A DNA stretch of 63,951 nucleotides, filler included, from Reticulomyxa filosa (taxonomy: Eukaryota; Protista; Foraminifera), in the NCBI GenBank assembly GCA_000512085.1. It is 26 parts of 26 records of this genome, joined end to end, with 100 filler letters (N's around TTAATTAATTAA, not from the genome) between each part and the next. Parts side by side here need not be neighbours in the genome. Positions count along the whole stretch, not along the records: positions 8,584 to 13,404 come from ASPP01016291.1; positions 13,505 to 15,532 come from ASPP01012862.1; positions 15,633 to 17,915 come from ASPP01019125.1; positions 18,016 to 20,312 come from ASPP01018238.1; positions 20,413 to 21,514 come from ASPP01022264.1; positions 21,615 to 23,070 come from ASPP01006544.1; positions 23,171 to 24,523 come from ASPP01044045.1; positions 24,624 to 29,365 come from ASPP01013594.1; 18 more parts are not named here. One strand, 5' to 3'. Each line of letters opens with the position of its first letter. Position 1 is the stretch's first letter. This document shows positions 12,806 through 25,277 of the stretch, one piece after another. The notes under the pieces were generated by a model. It did no database searches and had not been told where the DNA came from. It saw only the letters and a list, made by a program, of their open reading frames with translations. Made by a program: the position numbers and the translations under genes.

Positions 12806-13319
12806 ATGTCCATTGAAAACGGAGACGGAAGAGGAAGTGCGGATAAATTGATGAATGCCATTCGAGTGGCATTAGATAATCAAGTTGGAGATAAAAATCG
12901 CCGCCAACAAGCGGAAGAATACTTAAACCAACTGCGAGACTCCCCGACAGGGTGGCAGCGTTGTGTGGATGTATTTATGAAAACGAAAGAGCCAAAAGTA
13001 TTGTTTTGGTGTCTCCATGTGTTTGAAACAGTAATAAAAAAACGGTAAACTAGAACTTTTTATAGATATGTATATCGTGTATTTTTTGTATGTAAATTCT
13101 TTTCCAAAGACTCAATAAAGAAAACAATTAATGTTGCACCTTTTTTTTTTTTTTCATTCCTAACACATAACAAAAAAAAAAACAAAAAAAAACATAATTT
13201 GAACCAAAAACATGGAACACAAAGATGGAACGAATTGACAAATAACGATAAAAAATGCATAGCATCACTATTATTGGGTTTTATTCGCGAAGTTTGTTCT
13301 GTTGAAAATGTTCCAGAAT
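12806..13319 (+). CDS. XPOT: Exportin-T (importin-beta family) N-terminal exons, partial
   Basis: RQQAEEYLNQLRDSPTGWQRC...VLFWCLHVFETVI is the IBN_N region typical of Xpo-t/Los1. Intron 13045-13224; the next exon reads WNELTNNDKKCI. Confidence 0.65.
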
Positions 13320-13361
13320 GTATGTTTTACAAAAATGTTTAACGTTTGTTTTTGTGAGAGG

Positions 13362-13404
<43 letters not shown>

Positions 13405-14172
13405 NNNNNNNNNNNNNNNNNNNNNNNNNNNNNNNNNNNNNNNNNNNNTTAATTAATTAANNNNNNNNNNNNNNNNNNNNNNNNNNNNNNNNNNNNNNNN
13501 NNNNGCTTGCAGACAAACTGGAATCTCCGCTGGATATTGAGGCAAATATGCCAAATCCAGATTTTCATATGGAATTCCATACTGTTTTCAGAACAACACA
13601 CATCTGTCCGAGTTTGGCCAGGTTTGAGACTGTTCACTTTCTGCATCTCCTTTCCCCCCCCCCCCCTCCTTGTTGACAGACTAGTTTTAATACAAGTACA
13701 ACTTCCACGAACCATAATGTGAGGTCTAATCAATACGTATGATAGATATCAAAACTCTGATGCAATCTTCTCGATTTCGTTCCAAATTTTTTTTAAAAAA
13801 AAACTTTGGCTAAAAATACAGTCTGTTTTTAATCTCTTTAAAAACTTGGAGGCTTAGCAAAGGTGGTAGAGCTTAGTGACAACTCACACATCTTTGTTGT
13901 CATTGGTGAGCTCAAAGTTACCTTTCGACTATTTGCGAATACCAACATCTTTTTCAAACACGTTTTTTTCATAAGTGTTAAAGCATACTTTTTTTTTTTT
14001 GTGACGGAAAAAATTATCTTAAAAACAAAAGCTTTTTTGAGGTGTCGAAAAAGGTAAAAGAGTTGGTACACAGAATAACTTCACATATCTTGGTACTCAA
14101 TAATTGCTTGGACCATAATTTACAAAAACAAAGCAATAATAATAATAATAATAAAAAACAAATCAAAAATTC

Positions 14173-15063
14173 ATGCAAACTGACAATTCTCGACGCTGTC
14201 TAACGGCTGTGAAAAACGAAAAAAATATAAATGCAAGCGAGGATATTCGTAGACAATTGTCAGGGTTGGCCGGGTCCTTCGATGGCTTTGAACAAGAAAT
14301 TCAAAAATGCAAATCTAAGAAAAAAGATGAATGGGAAAAACAACTGATAGAACTAAAAAATTCAACTTCTTCCTTGCGAAACGACGTTTTGTTGGAACAG
14401 AAACGCAGGGAAGAAACTGTTGAGGCAATGAATTCAATGTTTGATTCGCAGATAACAAAAGTAAAAACTGACATGGAAAAAGAATTTAATAAAAAAATTA
14501 CTAGTTTAGAGGAATGCGTTAAAATGTTAACAAACAAAGTTGACTCCTTGAGCGAGAACATGGAAAGGGAAAGACAAAACTTTCCAAGTCTCGTTGAAAT
14601 GCATACCAAAGATTTAGTAAAACAAGTTAGAGATTTCAAAAATAAATTTGAGGGCGATATTCAATCAAGAGAACAAAAAGAAAAATCTATTTATCAACTG
14701 ATTGAACAACAAGAACACAGGTATGTGTATGAATAAATTTGATGATATTTATATTCATGTATGTAAAAAGTAACAAATAAACTCAAAACAAATAAAAGAA
14801 TCAAAGAATTAATATTGGCAGAAAAAGCAGAAAGAGAAAAGCGGATAAGTCGCTTAAATGACGAAATTGAAACAGGAATGAATTTGCACACAAAGAAATC
14901 CAAAGCAATTCGTGAAAGCTTAACCCACGAAATTGATCAACTAAATTTGAAGATTGAAGAAAACAATAAACAAAGACAGGAAATGACTGAAGAGGTAGTA
15001 AAAGCATTGTGTCACTACTCTTCAGCCTTGCACGACGGGCTCAAAATCGTCAGTTCAACATAA
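14173..15063 (+). CDS. SF-assemblin/beta-giardin family striated-fibre protein
   Basis: Segmented coiled coil with EQKRREET and C-terminal ALCHYSSALHDGLKIVS. One intron (14721-14798) joins the two track ORFs in frame. Confidence 0.8.
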
Positions 15064-15133
15064 CGAGTGAGGGAATAATTTTGCTAAAAAAAAAGAAGAA
15101 TAATAATAATCTACTTCTATACATTTTGTAATC

Positions 15134-15455
15134 ATGTGGCAGCCTGAGAATTGGCTTGACTATGTTAATATGAGTACAATTCGTGCTTGGTTTCAGCTGT
15201 GTCTGAGTATTACTATTTATGCAATAAGTTTTGTATTGATAAGTCAGTTGGGATTTTGGGGAAAGCGATGGGACTACACGGCAAACGAACTTGCATGTTT
15301 TACTTTTGGAATAATTTTATATCCCATTGCAATGATCGGTTTTCTAATGGCACTAAATGATGTATTGACCAATCAAAAGTACTCCTTTTGGTTTTCGCTC
15401 GCAATAGCATTGTTGGCTGGTTTTGGACAACTGATATGTTTGTCAGCTCAATATA
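15134..15455 (+). CDS. Membrane protein, 5' part (about 3 TM helices)
   Basis: ATG at 15134 followed by three hydrophobic segments. Runs into (TA)n at the contig end. Confidence 0.5.
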
Positions 15456-15456
15456 C

Positions 15457-15526
<70 letters not shown>

Positions 15527-16223
15527 ATATATNNNNNNNNNNNNNNNNNNNNNNNNNNNNNNNNNNNNNNNNNNNNTTAATTAATTAANNNNNNNNNNNN
15601 NNNNNNNNNNNNNNNNNNNNNNNNNNNNNNNNAATGTTTATGAATTAATAATTTTTTTCATGCTTTTTAAAATTTTAATTATAATGGTTTTGTTTCTTTC
15701 TCAAACATTTTCGATGATTTTTAAGAACAATTTTCATGATGTTGTTATACGATAAATTTGTCAACTTCTGTTCGTAACAATTTATTTTTATGTGTTACAT
15801 TTTATTTTAAGTCTGTTTTTAGTTTCTTCATTTTTTGATGTGCCTTAGGCTGTCATATCACCAAAATGGCGATTGCTTCAGAAAAAAAGAATTCAATTAT
15901 TTTAAAAGATATCATTTCATTTGATTGTATAATTTCAAATCAAATATTTGATGATAATAAAAATTTTTTAGTTATAGTTTGGTCAGCTGGACAAAATTTA
16001 CATCATTTAATTTAGTCACATTTTTTATTGTTGAAATATGATAATATCCCCAAATATGAATAGAGCCATAGCAGATTAATATACAATCATTATTAAAAGC
16101 AATTTCTTGTTTGAATAATTTACTGCAGTGTAAGTATCTGTTTTTTTAAGGCTGCTCAAAAGGGCTATACCATCTACTTTTAAAAAAAATTAAGCTACTT
16201 AAAAGTTCAACAGCATTAACAAC

Positions 16224-17482
16224 ATGAGTGATCAAAGCAAAAGTCAAAATTTGAAGGAGCTGCCTATTCCACTTTCTCAATCTCAGTGTGTGCTACACAA
16301 ACACGAACTCCTTATTTGTGGAGGTTGGAACGAAAAAAATTGTTATTCTTATCATACACTCAAAAATGAATACGAGTTTATCTGTTCGTATCCAAAGGAG
16401 GTTAAATTATTGGGGCACTGTGTGGTGAAGCTGTTAGGCAACAAGAATAACAAAGATAAAGATAACAATGAAATCACTTTATTGTCTTTTGGTGGAAATC
16501 ATGTATTGTTGATGAAATACGTAAGCGTTTGGAGTAATAACAATGATGGTAATGAAATGGATAATTCAAAGAAATGCAATCAATGGGTTCCCTTCACAGA
16601 CAATCACAACAATCCAATTCACTTTGGAGAATATTATGAAAATTACGGAAGATTGCGTGCATTGAATGGCGGAAGCAACAATCATTTGCTATTTATCACT
16701 TATAAATCAAAGGATATTAGTGTATTTGATTTAAATACATTTCAATTTATTAAACATAATACTTTACCAATTGAAACTAGTGATTGGATATGGTTTCATT
16801 GCTTTGTATCAAAGTTAGAAAATAGACAAGAAATTATGAAAACAAATGAAGCAAAAAATAAGAGTAAACAGAATAAAAATTATCAAATGATGTTATTTCA
16901 TTGGAAGACAGGACTATCAATTGAGTATGATGAAGATAACAATACTTTTCAATTTCATCAATTACCTGTATGTAACGATATTGCATCATTCAAATATTAT
17001 GCATATGCATGCACCAACGATGCAATCTTGTTCTTTGGTGGATGGAATGGTTCATTTGATGAAGGTATCTCAAAATTAGTGCACAAGTACTTAATACAAG
17101 AAAATATGTGGATTACATTTAAACATACTTTGCCTATTGCATTGTACGATTGTTTTGCGGTATTGAATGAAGACAACAACCATATACATATTATTGGAGG
17201 GAGTAATGATAAACATAATATAATATCAACGCATATGAAGACAAAAGCAAGTAGATGGAGAGATGCCTCACATTTGGTAATATTTCTCTTTAATCTTTTA
17301 CAGAGATTTTTTTTACTCAAACATAAATACATTTTATTGTGTGCAATTAATGAACAAATAATCAATAGTCAAACAATGAAATAAAACTTATTATCCAATA
17401 TTGGAATCGAATTTTAAAAATAAAATTAGGATGGATTGATGAGCTTGACAAAATTGTTATCAAATACGACAGAATGAAGTAA
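16224..17482 (+). CDS. Kelch-like beta-propeller protein of a lineage-expanded family
   Basis: LKELPIPLSQSQCVLHKHELLICGG, LFFGGWN and IHIIGG blades. Probable intron from 17277 (gtaata) and a last exon IKLIIQYWNRILKIKLGWIDELDKIV. Confidence 0.8.
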
Positions 17483-18015
17483 TTATTTTAATAATTAAGA
17501 AATAGCATTTATGATATCTACAAATCATTGAAAATTATTTCATTTTTTATTCACTCAAAAAGAAGAAATTCACCTTTAAATGTTATTGCAAAAAAATTCA
17601 CAAAAAAAAAAAAAAAAGCAAACAATTGTTTCAGATTATAGAAATATGTACAAAATTAAAAACATTTTTTTTAAACAAGTTTTTTTTAAAATTGTTTTAC
17701 TCAAAAAAATAAAGTTTGATTATTTTTTCAAGACTGTGCAGAAAGAATGAACAAGATAAACAAAATAATTATTGAAGAATGTTGCACAAATAATACTTTT
17801 AAATAAGCATAACAAAAAATCCATCCAATTTAATTTTCTTTTTCAAAGTTTGTATTTTATCTTTACTTTCCAGTGATACGTACACATTATGATCCTACCA
17901 AAAAGCTGAGAAACANNNNNNNNNNNNNNNNNNNNNNNNNNNNNNNNNNNNNNNNNNNNTTAATTAATTAANNNNNNNNNNNNNNNNNNNNNNNNNNNNN
18001 NNNNNNNNNNNNNNN

Positions 18016-20312
18016 TCCTGCAATTGATTGATTGTATTTGGATCGTAGCATACTGATTGGCATGGGGTTAATGCCTTGAATGCTTTAGCTAGCTCCCCTA
18101 ATGACGCAAGCTTAATTGCTTTTGCGTGTGTTGAGTCCGGCTTTGGCCCTGTCGGAGGCTCTTTTTTCCTTCTGTTGGTTGGTTTGGGAAGTGCCTCTGA
18201 GTGCGTGCAAAATTCCTCCCATAATTTCTTGATGTTATCTTCCTTCCATAACTTAATTCTGTTGATGATTATTTTTGTTGTTGTATTCGTATGTTTGATC
18301 CCTCCTCTGCCTGGGTCCCATAGGATCAACCTACACAATAATAACCACTTTGTCCATGAGCCAATATTATTGTTATTTGATATGTCTCGTAATGTCCATG
18401 CTGCGACAGATGCGAATGCGCTTCGCGCGGCTTTGGGTACACGGGCGATAATTTTCGCTGGTTTGTTGATAATTTCTTCCATAGATGGGATTTGCCATGC
18501 TCCAATCGCTTCTGGATATTTTTGTTCCAAATGCTGCTGTCTGTCAATAATGACTTGTTGTGCATTTTGTTGATCAATCCATTGCTCGCGGCATTTCCTA
18601 TGCATATTGTCCACTGCTACAGATATTGGGAGTGTGCGGCTGCACCGGTAACATATGACTCTTCCAAACGCTTGAAAATACGTCGATGGCACTTGGCCCT
18701 TTGAGTGGTCTGCAATGTGGCCATTGACGTGAAGGTGCAAGCCTGCCTCTGTTTTGAATGATGATTGACAGCCAAAGACCGGACACTGGAGAATGCTCTG
18801 CGTGTGCTGGTCAGGTGGTGGAGGTTGTTGAGGTGGACTTGTTGGTGGCAATGTAATATTGTCAAATAATTCGTCTTGCTCAAATGAATGTTAGAATGGA
18901 AGATGTTGGTTGGCGTTGTTGTCTTGTGGTTCCGAATCGCCGATGCTTCGAGCCCGTGCTACTTGGGTGTTAAATGACTCCGCATTGATATACTGCATCT
19001 GATGTTCGTCAGGGTCTTGGTCTCCGCCGATCAGCTCAACATGCTGTGACATCGTGTCCTGTGAAGGTCGAATGGATTCTTCTTTGATATCGAGGTTGTC
19101 AGTGCCGCCCTGCAACCTTTGAGACGTTGTTATGACTTTCGGTATCATAATATCTGGAATGAGTCGACAATATTGATTGGTTTCCGGTGCTTGTTGGGGC
19201 GCATATACGGTATCATGGTCCGATGAATGCGCTTGGGTCAGTTGATGGGTTTTTTGTGGCAGCTCACTTCCATGCTTAGGCATATTTGCATTCGGTGCAT
19301 TGAGTGCGGGGGTTGATAATGCTCCTGATGGAGATGAGTTGCATGCTATAATGGATGGCTCCTTGTGTGGAATGACGACGTATGAAATATCAGCTGCGAA
19401 CTGGAGGGTATCATTGGCATGGGATGCAGCATTAATAGCCGGATTAATGGCAAATAAAATGGAAAAGTTTGATATTTTTGTCAAACAAGATAACAATGCC
19501 TTCCTCCATTCACTAAACCACGTTGTTGACGATAATTAACCTTGAATTTGCTATAATTCTTTAATATATCCCTGAATTGCTTTATCATTAATGCATTACA
19601 AGATGATTCCAAACTAAAGAAATTTTCTACTCGAGCATGTAATTGTTTTTTTGAATTAAAAGATGGGAATGGTACATTACTTGAAAACTCACACACCAAG
19701 TCGAAAAGAAAAATATTGCTTTTCATTTGAAGCATTTGCACTCCATTGTTGATATGATTTTGGCAAATTGCAATATCATATATTGTGTGTCCATGAATTG
19801 ATTGGTATCCATATGTTTGATTTTGCTCCGGATTCTGTGGATAGAGGTGGGATGCATTTTTAATGTCGATTAATAAATTCTCGATATCAATGCTGTTGCC
19901 AATGACTCTCTCTGATAACTTCGAAAGATTAATGGAGGAATGTCCTTTCTTTTGATGATTGGATGAGGCTTGCGTGTTGCATGTATCTAATAAATCAAAT
20001 ACACGAATCTTGGAACATTCGTTCCGTAATATTCCCTCGCGGACACTTTTATTACTATGCTAGCCGCTTGTGTGCCATCCTTTAATTTGTCCACAATATA
20101 TTTCAAAACTGGTGATATCATACCCCCTGCACGTGGTGATGAAGGCGAAGAATTGACTATTGGATGATGACCGTATAAGCAAATCATATCCGAATAGCCG
20201 TTGAGTGCATTTGCAACAATTGGCCCCACAATTTCCGGTACGATCTGGATAATCCCGCTTGATGCATTGAATACTTTGTCAAACACGTAATAGTTACCCC
20301 CCTTCGCAGTAA
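18016..20312 (-). mobile_element. Decayed CRE-like non-LTR retrotransposon ORF with N-terminal kinesin motor-like domain (both ends truncated by contig)
   Basis: Intron-less 2.3 kb. Order: kinesin-like motifs at 20310-19390, a linker, a C2H2 finger (CPVFGC-x12-H-x3-H), CYRC..HRKC, then RVPKAARSAFA / WTKWLLLCRLIL..PGRGG / RIKLW / AIKLASLGELAKA, the region preceding RT in CRE-clade elements. Two 1-nt frameshifts (~20012, ~19520) and one in-frame TAA (18891-18893). Confidence 0.7.
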
Positions 20313-20412
20313 NNNNNNNNNNNNNNNNNNNNNNNNNNNNNNNNNNNNNNNNNNNNTTAATTAATTAANNNNNNNNNNNNNNNNNNNNNNNNNNNNNNNN
20401 NNNNNNNNNNNN

Positions 20413-21514
20413 CACTATTTGCATTTGTACTATTTGCATTTGCATTTGCATCAATCTGATTATCATTATGATCATTCTCATCTCTAGGCAAAGGACTCTC
20501 TGCAGGAATGAATTGTTGTTGATCTTCATCATCGCCATCGATGACAGCGTCAAACTCATCAAAAGCTCGCAACAGTTCATTTTTACGTGCATTGTAAATA
20601 TCATCAGCAATGGCAGTATTTTCATTCACATTGCCATCGCCGTCATTATATCTTTGACGTCCTTGTTGATGTGCCGATGATGATGATGATGACGATGATG
20701 CCATGGGTCCATTTTCATAGTGGGATAGTGCCAGACTCTTTTGCAACATTGCTATTTCGTAATGCTTGGCATCGAGATGCTTGACGAGGTCTTGCTTCTC
20801 TTGCTCCAAGTGCGCATTGCGATGTGCAAGCTTCACTATTTCATTGTGCACGGACTGCGTGATCGCTGTGGCGTCGTCCAACTGCTGCGAGTTCAATTGC
20901 TCCAATTTGTTGCAATACTCTTTCAACTGCTCCAATTCTTCTTTCGTTTTCTCTTCGTCTTCCAACTTGTTTAATACATTATTCAATTGCTCTTTCAACT
21001 CTTTTCCACGTCGTCTTTCTTCTTGCAACTCTTCGTGCAGCTTTTTATACTCGCGGGCTGATACTCGCGATTTCCCGTTCAAGGGATAACCTCCGTGTCC
21101 ATTCGCACCGCCACCTCGGTGGCCATGTGCATTGCTATTGTAGTAATCGCCGCTCTCCTCCTCCTCCTCATCGTCATAACCGTCTGCATGTCGGTGGTCC
21201 TCTTCATCTATACCAGAAGGGTGTCCACTTCCTCCAGGCTTTTTCGAAGCTCCACCAAACATCTCTTGTTCACGTGTGTGCAACTCAAACTCGGCCTCCT
21301 TTTCGACCATCTCTTGCTTTAATTTCTCCAATTTAAGCAACTCGGCTTCATATTTAGTCTTCTCCTCTTCGTACAATTCGTTCAATAAAGCATTGTCTTT
21401 GGTCAGAAGCTTCAAGTCGTGCTCCTTCATGTGCACCATCGACTTCAATTCCTCGTTCTCCATTTTCATCTCCTCGTTCTCCTTGGCTAGGTTCTTTATC
21501 ACCTCCGTCGCTTG
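20413..21514 (-). CDS. Long coiled-coil protein, internal fragment
   Basis: Open frame across the whole contig with E/K/L heptads and low-complexity linkers. Confidence 0.7.
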
Positions 21515-22096
21515 NNNNNNNNNNNNNNNNNNNNNNNNNNNNNNNNNNNNNNNNNNNNTTAATTAATTAANNNNNNNNNNNNNNNNNNNNNNNNNNNNNN
21601 NNNNNNNNNNNNNNGCTTCACAAAATTTTAAAAAATCATTTGAAAGAATGATATTTTTCTCCAATCTAAAAAAAAATTATTCAAAAATCATCATATTTAA
21701 AAACTACAAGGCTTGTAGATATTTTTTTAAAAAAATTAGCTTGAAATGTTTATTTTTCATTAAGAAAATCTATCATCTTCATAAGGTGTTCAGTTTTTTT
21801 TGCAACCTACTGTAGCAAATTTAGAAGTAGTTGCAATGGAGAACAAAAAAAAAGTATAATAAATTTCGGGCTTGATGATCGAACAAATATTTATTGTATA
21901 ATCAAAGAAAAAAAAAGATTTTACACGTTATTGAGGTAATGACCTAAGGATAATGTACATTCAAAATTGTACAAGAATCATATGAGATATTTTTGTTTTC
22001 CTCCCTCCAATCTTGTTTCCCCCTGTCCTTTTACATACTCCCTTCTCCCCTTCCCCGTTTTTTTTTTTTTTTTTTTTTTGCTGCAATAGAAAGCTA

Positions 22097-23030
22097 TTAA
22101 AGTGCGGATTCTTTTTCTTGGAAAGCGCTATAGATTTGGCTGAATCGACTTTGGTCTCGATCACGATTATCAGTAGTTGCAGTGGTGGAGGCATTGCGTG
22201 CACTTCGAACGTCGTCGTCTTTATGAATGTAAGGTTTGGCAGTATTTGGAGCGACGTCGCTGAGTGCAAAATGGCTCGTATGTTTGGAATGTCGATTTGT
22301 GTCGTTGTCAATAGGCATTTGAATGGGCGAGTATGTGTCATAGATCCCACTCAAGTCTGTGTCTTGCGTTTCCGTGCGATGGAGATTGCGGTGTTCTTTG
22401 TTAGCAGCGTACTCGCTGGGACGTCCATACGACGCGTAGATCGCACTAAACTCAGTGTCCTTGCGACTCTCTTTTTGCGTTGTCACACTAAACATTGCCT
22501 CGCGTTGTAGTTGTTCCTGAAGCAGGATTTGATCTAAAGATGCATATTGCGGTGGCAATTGATTTGGATTTGGATTTGGATTTGGTATCTGTTGTGGAGG
22601 ACGTTGCGGCAGAGATTGAAGCCGAGCCTGAGATTGAGATTGAGGCGGGGATAAAGGCTGCGATTGAGACAGAGGTTGAGACAGAGGTTGAGACAGAGGT
22701 TGAGACAGAGGTTGAGACGGGGATTGAGGCTGATAGGGGGATTGAGGTTGAATTTGAGGTTGTTGAGACTGTACCGAAGGCTCGCCAACAGGGGTCGTTT
22801 CGGAAATAGTTTCCATCATTGGGTAGTGCAGTTCGTCTGGGTTATTGTAGATGTCGCTAAATCTGCTTTCGCTTTGATTGATTCTACCACCTGCAACCAC
22901 CGACATAAATTGCGCGTGGGTCGTCGTGGGCTCGTCCACTTCCGCCGCAAATGTCACTTCTTGCTTCGGTTCTTTCGGGTTTGTCTCAGCTTCACTTGTC
23001 ACTACGTCATTATTCTTGGCTTCTGATTGC
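22097..23030 (-). CDS. Low-complexity Q/P/S-rich protein of unknown function, internal exon
   Basis: 301-aa open frame with higher GC than its flanks. Contains a 12-bp tandem repeat (SQPL)n and recurring [S/D]xIY motifs. Confidence 0.55.
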
Positions 23031-23031
23031 C

Positions 23032-23070
<39 letters not shown>

Positions 23071-23269
23071 NNNNNNNNNNNNNNNNNNNNNNNNNNNNNN
23101 NNNNNNNNNNNNNNTTAATTAATTAANNNNNNNNNNNNNNNNNNNNNNNNNNNNNNNNNNNNNNNNNNNNACTTTGTAAGACATTGTAATTTTAGTACTG
23201 TATTCCGTGTGAGTAAGGTGCTTGTTTATTATGTTTTTTCCCTTCTTTTTGTTTCTTTTGGAATTTCAA

Positions 23270-24030
23270 TGCTACAACATTCTCGACATTTTCATCGTTT
23301 TCATGAGCTTTCAGATAAACTCTCTTTGCAACGATTGGAATAATACTTCATTTCTTTGCTCAATCGATTTTATTATTTTCAACGTTCGCTTGCTTTGATA
23401 ACGAACACAGATCTTGCGTTCTTGCTTTTTGCTTTTCGATCAATTCACTTATTATTTCGTATAATTGCACTATTTTTTGCCCGTTCTCATCCAGGCCCTC
23501 TTCTCCTTCTTCATTCCCCATTTCTTCTGTTGCTTCTCCTTTCTCTACTTTGTTCTCATCTCCCAATTCTTCTATTGTCCCTGCTTCCATTTCTTCTCGT
23601 CTTCTTCCTTTGGTGCCATTAGAGTGTTACACATTCAATTTGTAATCCTGGTCTTGTTGTTCCGTTTCAGAATATTCTTTTACATGTTTTTTTTTTAGTT
23701 TGAATATTTTTGATTGGTTGACAAAATGAACAAGAAAAATGTTTTGGTTTGTCGTTTTACACTTATCACATTTTTGGTAAGACAAGAAAAGAAAGTAATT
23801 TTCCTCTAGCACACAAACAAATTTGTTAAGAAATACATACTTGATGTTCTTGAATTTGCCATTCTTTCTTTGTCATATTCATCTTCCCTTTCTTGTTGGA
23901 TCACTTCTGGAGATTCGTCTGTTTGTATATAATCGTCTACCTCTCCTTCCATTTTGTAGTCTTTCGTTTCTTGTTCATATTCGCACCACTGTCCCTTTCG
24001 AACAGGATATTCGAAGCTAGTGTAAGACAT
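23270..24030 (-). CDS. Acidic multi-exon protein of unknown function
   Basis: MSYTSFEYPVRKGQW... exon at ~23845-24030 and acidic exons at ~23630-23690 and ~23380-23620. Boundaries approximate. Confidence 0.4.
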
Positions 24031-24623
24031 CTTCAAATACAAATATACTTTCAAATTTTTTAAAAAAAAATTCTCTACAATTACAAAAAATACACGGTTT
24101 GTACCCTTTTTTAAAAAAAGAGGAAACTGAGTTTGATATCAAAATAACGGGTGGTGTATATATTTTAGCAAACATTTTCTCAAACAATCAACTTGTTCGG
24201 TCAAAATTCGAAACCTTCAAATACTTTCCGTGATCCATCAATGCAACATATGTTGCTGGCTCATCAAGTCTGCATTTGCGATCAATCGGGTTTGTGGATT
24301 CCAAAGTTAAGTCTCCAAAACTACCTATCTAATAAGATTTAGCATTTTTATTAGATAAAGATGTATGAAAATGACAAATTAGTTCCTCAGGTCAAAAATA
24401 TTAGTGTTTGTTGACCATATCATGAAAAGTAAGTACCTCCTGAAATAAGAAAATTTACTTCCAATAATTTCATTCAACGAAAGGAAAAAAGAAACATAGG
24501 TGAGCATGTCCCTGCCATTAATCNNNNNNNNNNNNNNNNNNNNNNNNNNNNNNNNNNNNNNNNNNNNTTAATTAATTAANNNNNNNNNNNNNNNNNNNNN
24601 NNNNNNNNNNNNNNNNNNNNNNN

Positions 24624-25277
24624 TCTTCTTCTTCTTCTTCATTTCCTGAAACGAATGGCATATCGGCATCTCCACTTCCACTTGCATTAAACGGTGGTGG
24701 ATACAGGACTCCCAATCCATTTGTATTGGCACCCAATCAGAAAACAAGCCCAACCAAAATAATACGAAATGAGAATGTCCGAGACATCCCACGCAAAAGC
24801 CACAGGGACCCCATTGCAAACTGCGACGAGACCATATCTTGGACTTTGCCAATCCAATGGCCAAAGGACGGACGACCTGTCGTGCAAACTGATGTTGTGC
24901 TGACCACGAATCAAATTTCGTTTATTCATGTCGATGACACAACTCAACGTTATAATTTTTTTGTTGTTTGTTTGTAAATTCTCTTGTCCCCATTTTGTTT
25001 TAAATAATAACCAGGACAAGTGTATTCGCGACATGACTTGGAACATTATAACTTAGAACCAAATACAAATTGCTTTTGTATTAAATTTAAAAATGGGTGC
25101 AAGTTCAAATTGCACTTGCAGTCAAAGTTAATTTGTGTTTACTTGTTTTATCGGATAAATGTTTGCCAATCCCAAACCACATTACACAAAATAAACAGAG
25201 GACAAGCCATGGAATTGATTAATCGATTTGCATATTTCGGTCAAATCAACACAAAGGTGTCTAGGAATGTTTGTTGA
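24624..25277 (+). CDS. 3' exons of an unidentified protein
   Basis: Coding-like GC-richer exon (...DETISWTLPIQWPKDGRPVVQTDVVLTTNQISFIHVDD) followed by short exons. No family recognised. Confidence 0.35.

Noticed and set aside
13505-14071. Possible minus-strand gene (KQYGIPYENLDLAYLPQ...)
   Set aside because: I could not build a consistent exon chain or recognise a family.
15459-15532. (TA)n run translated as IYIYIY
   Set aside because: Intronic microsatellite at a contig end.
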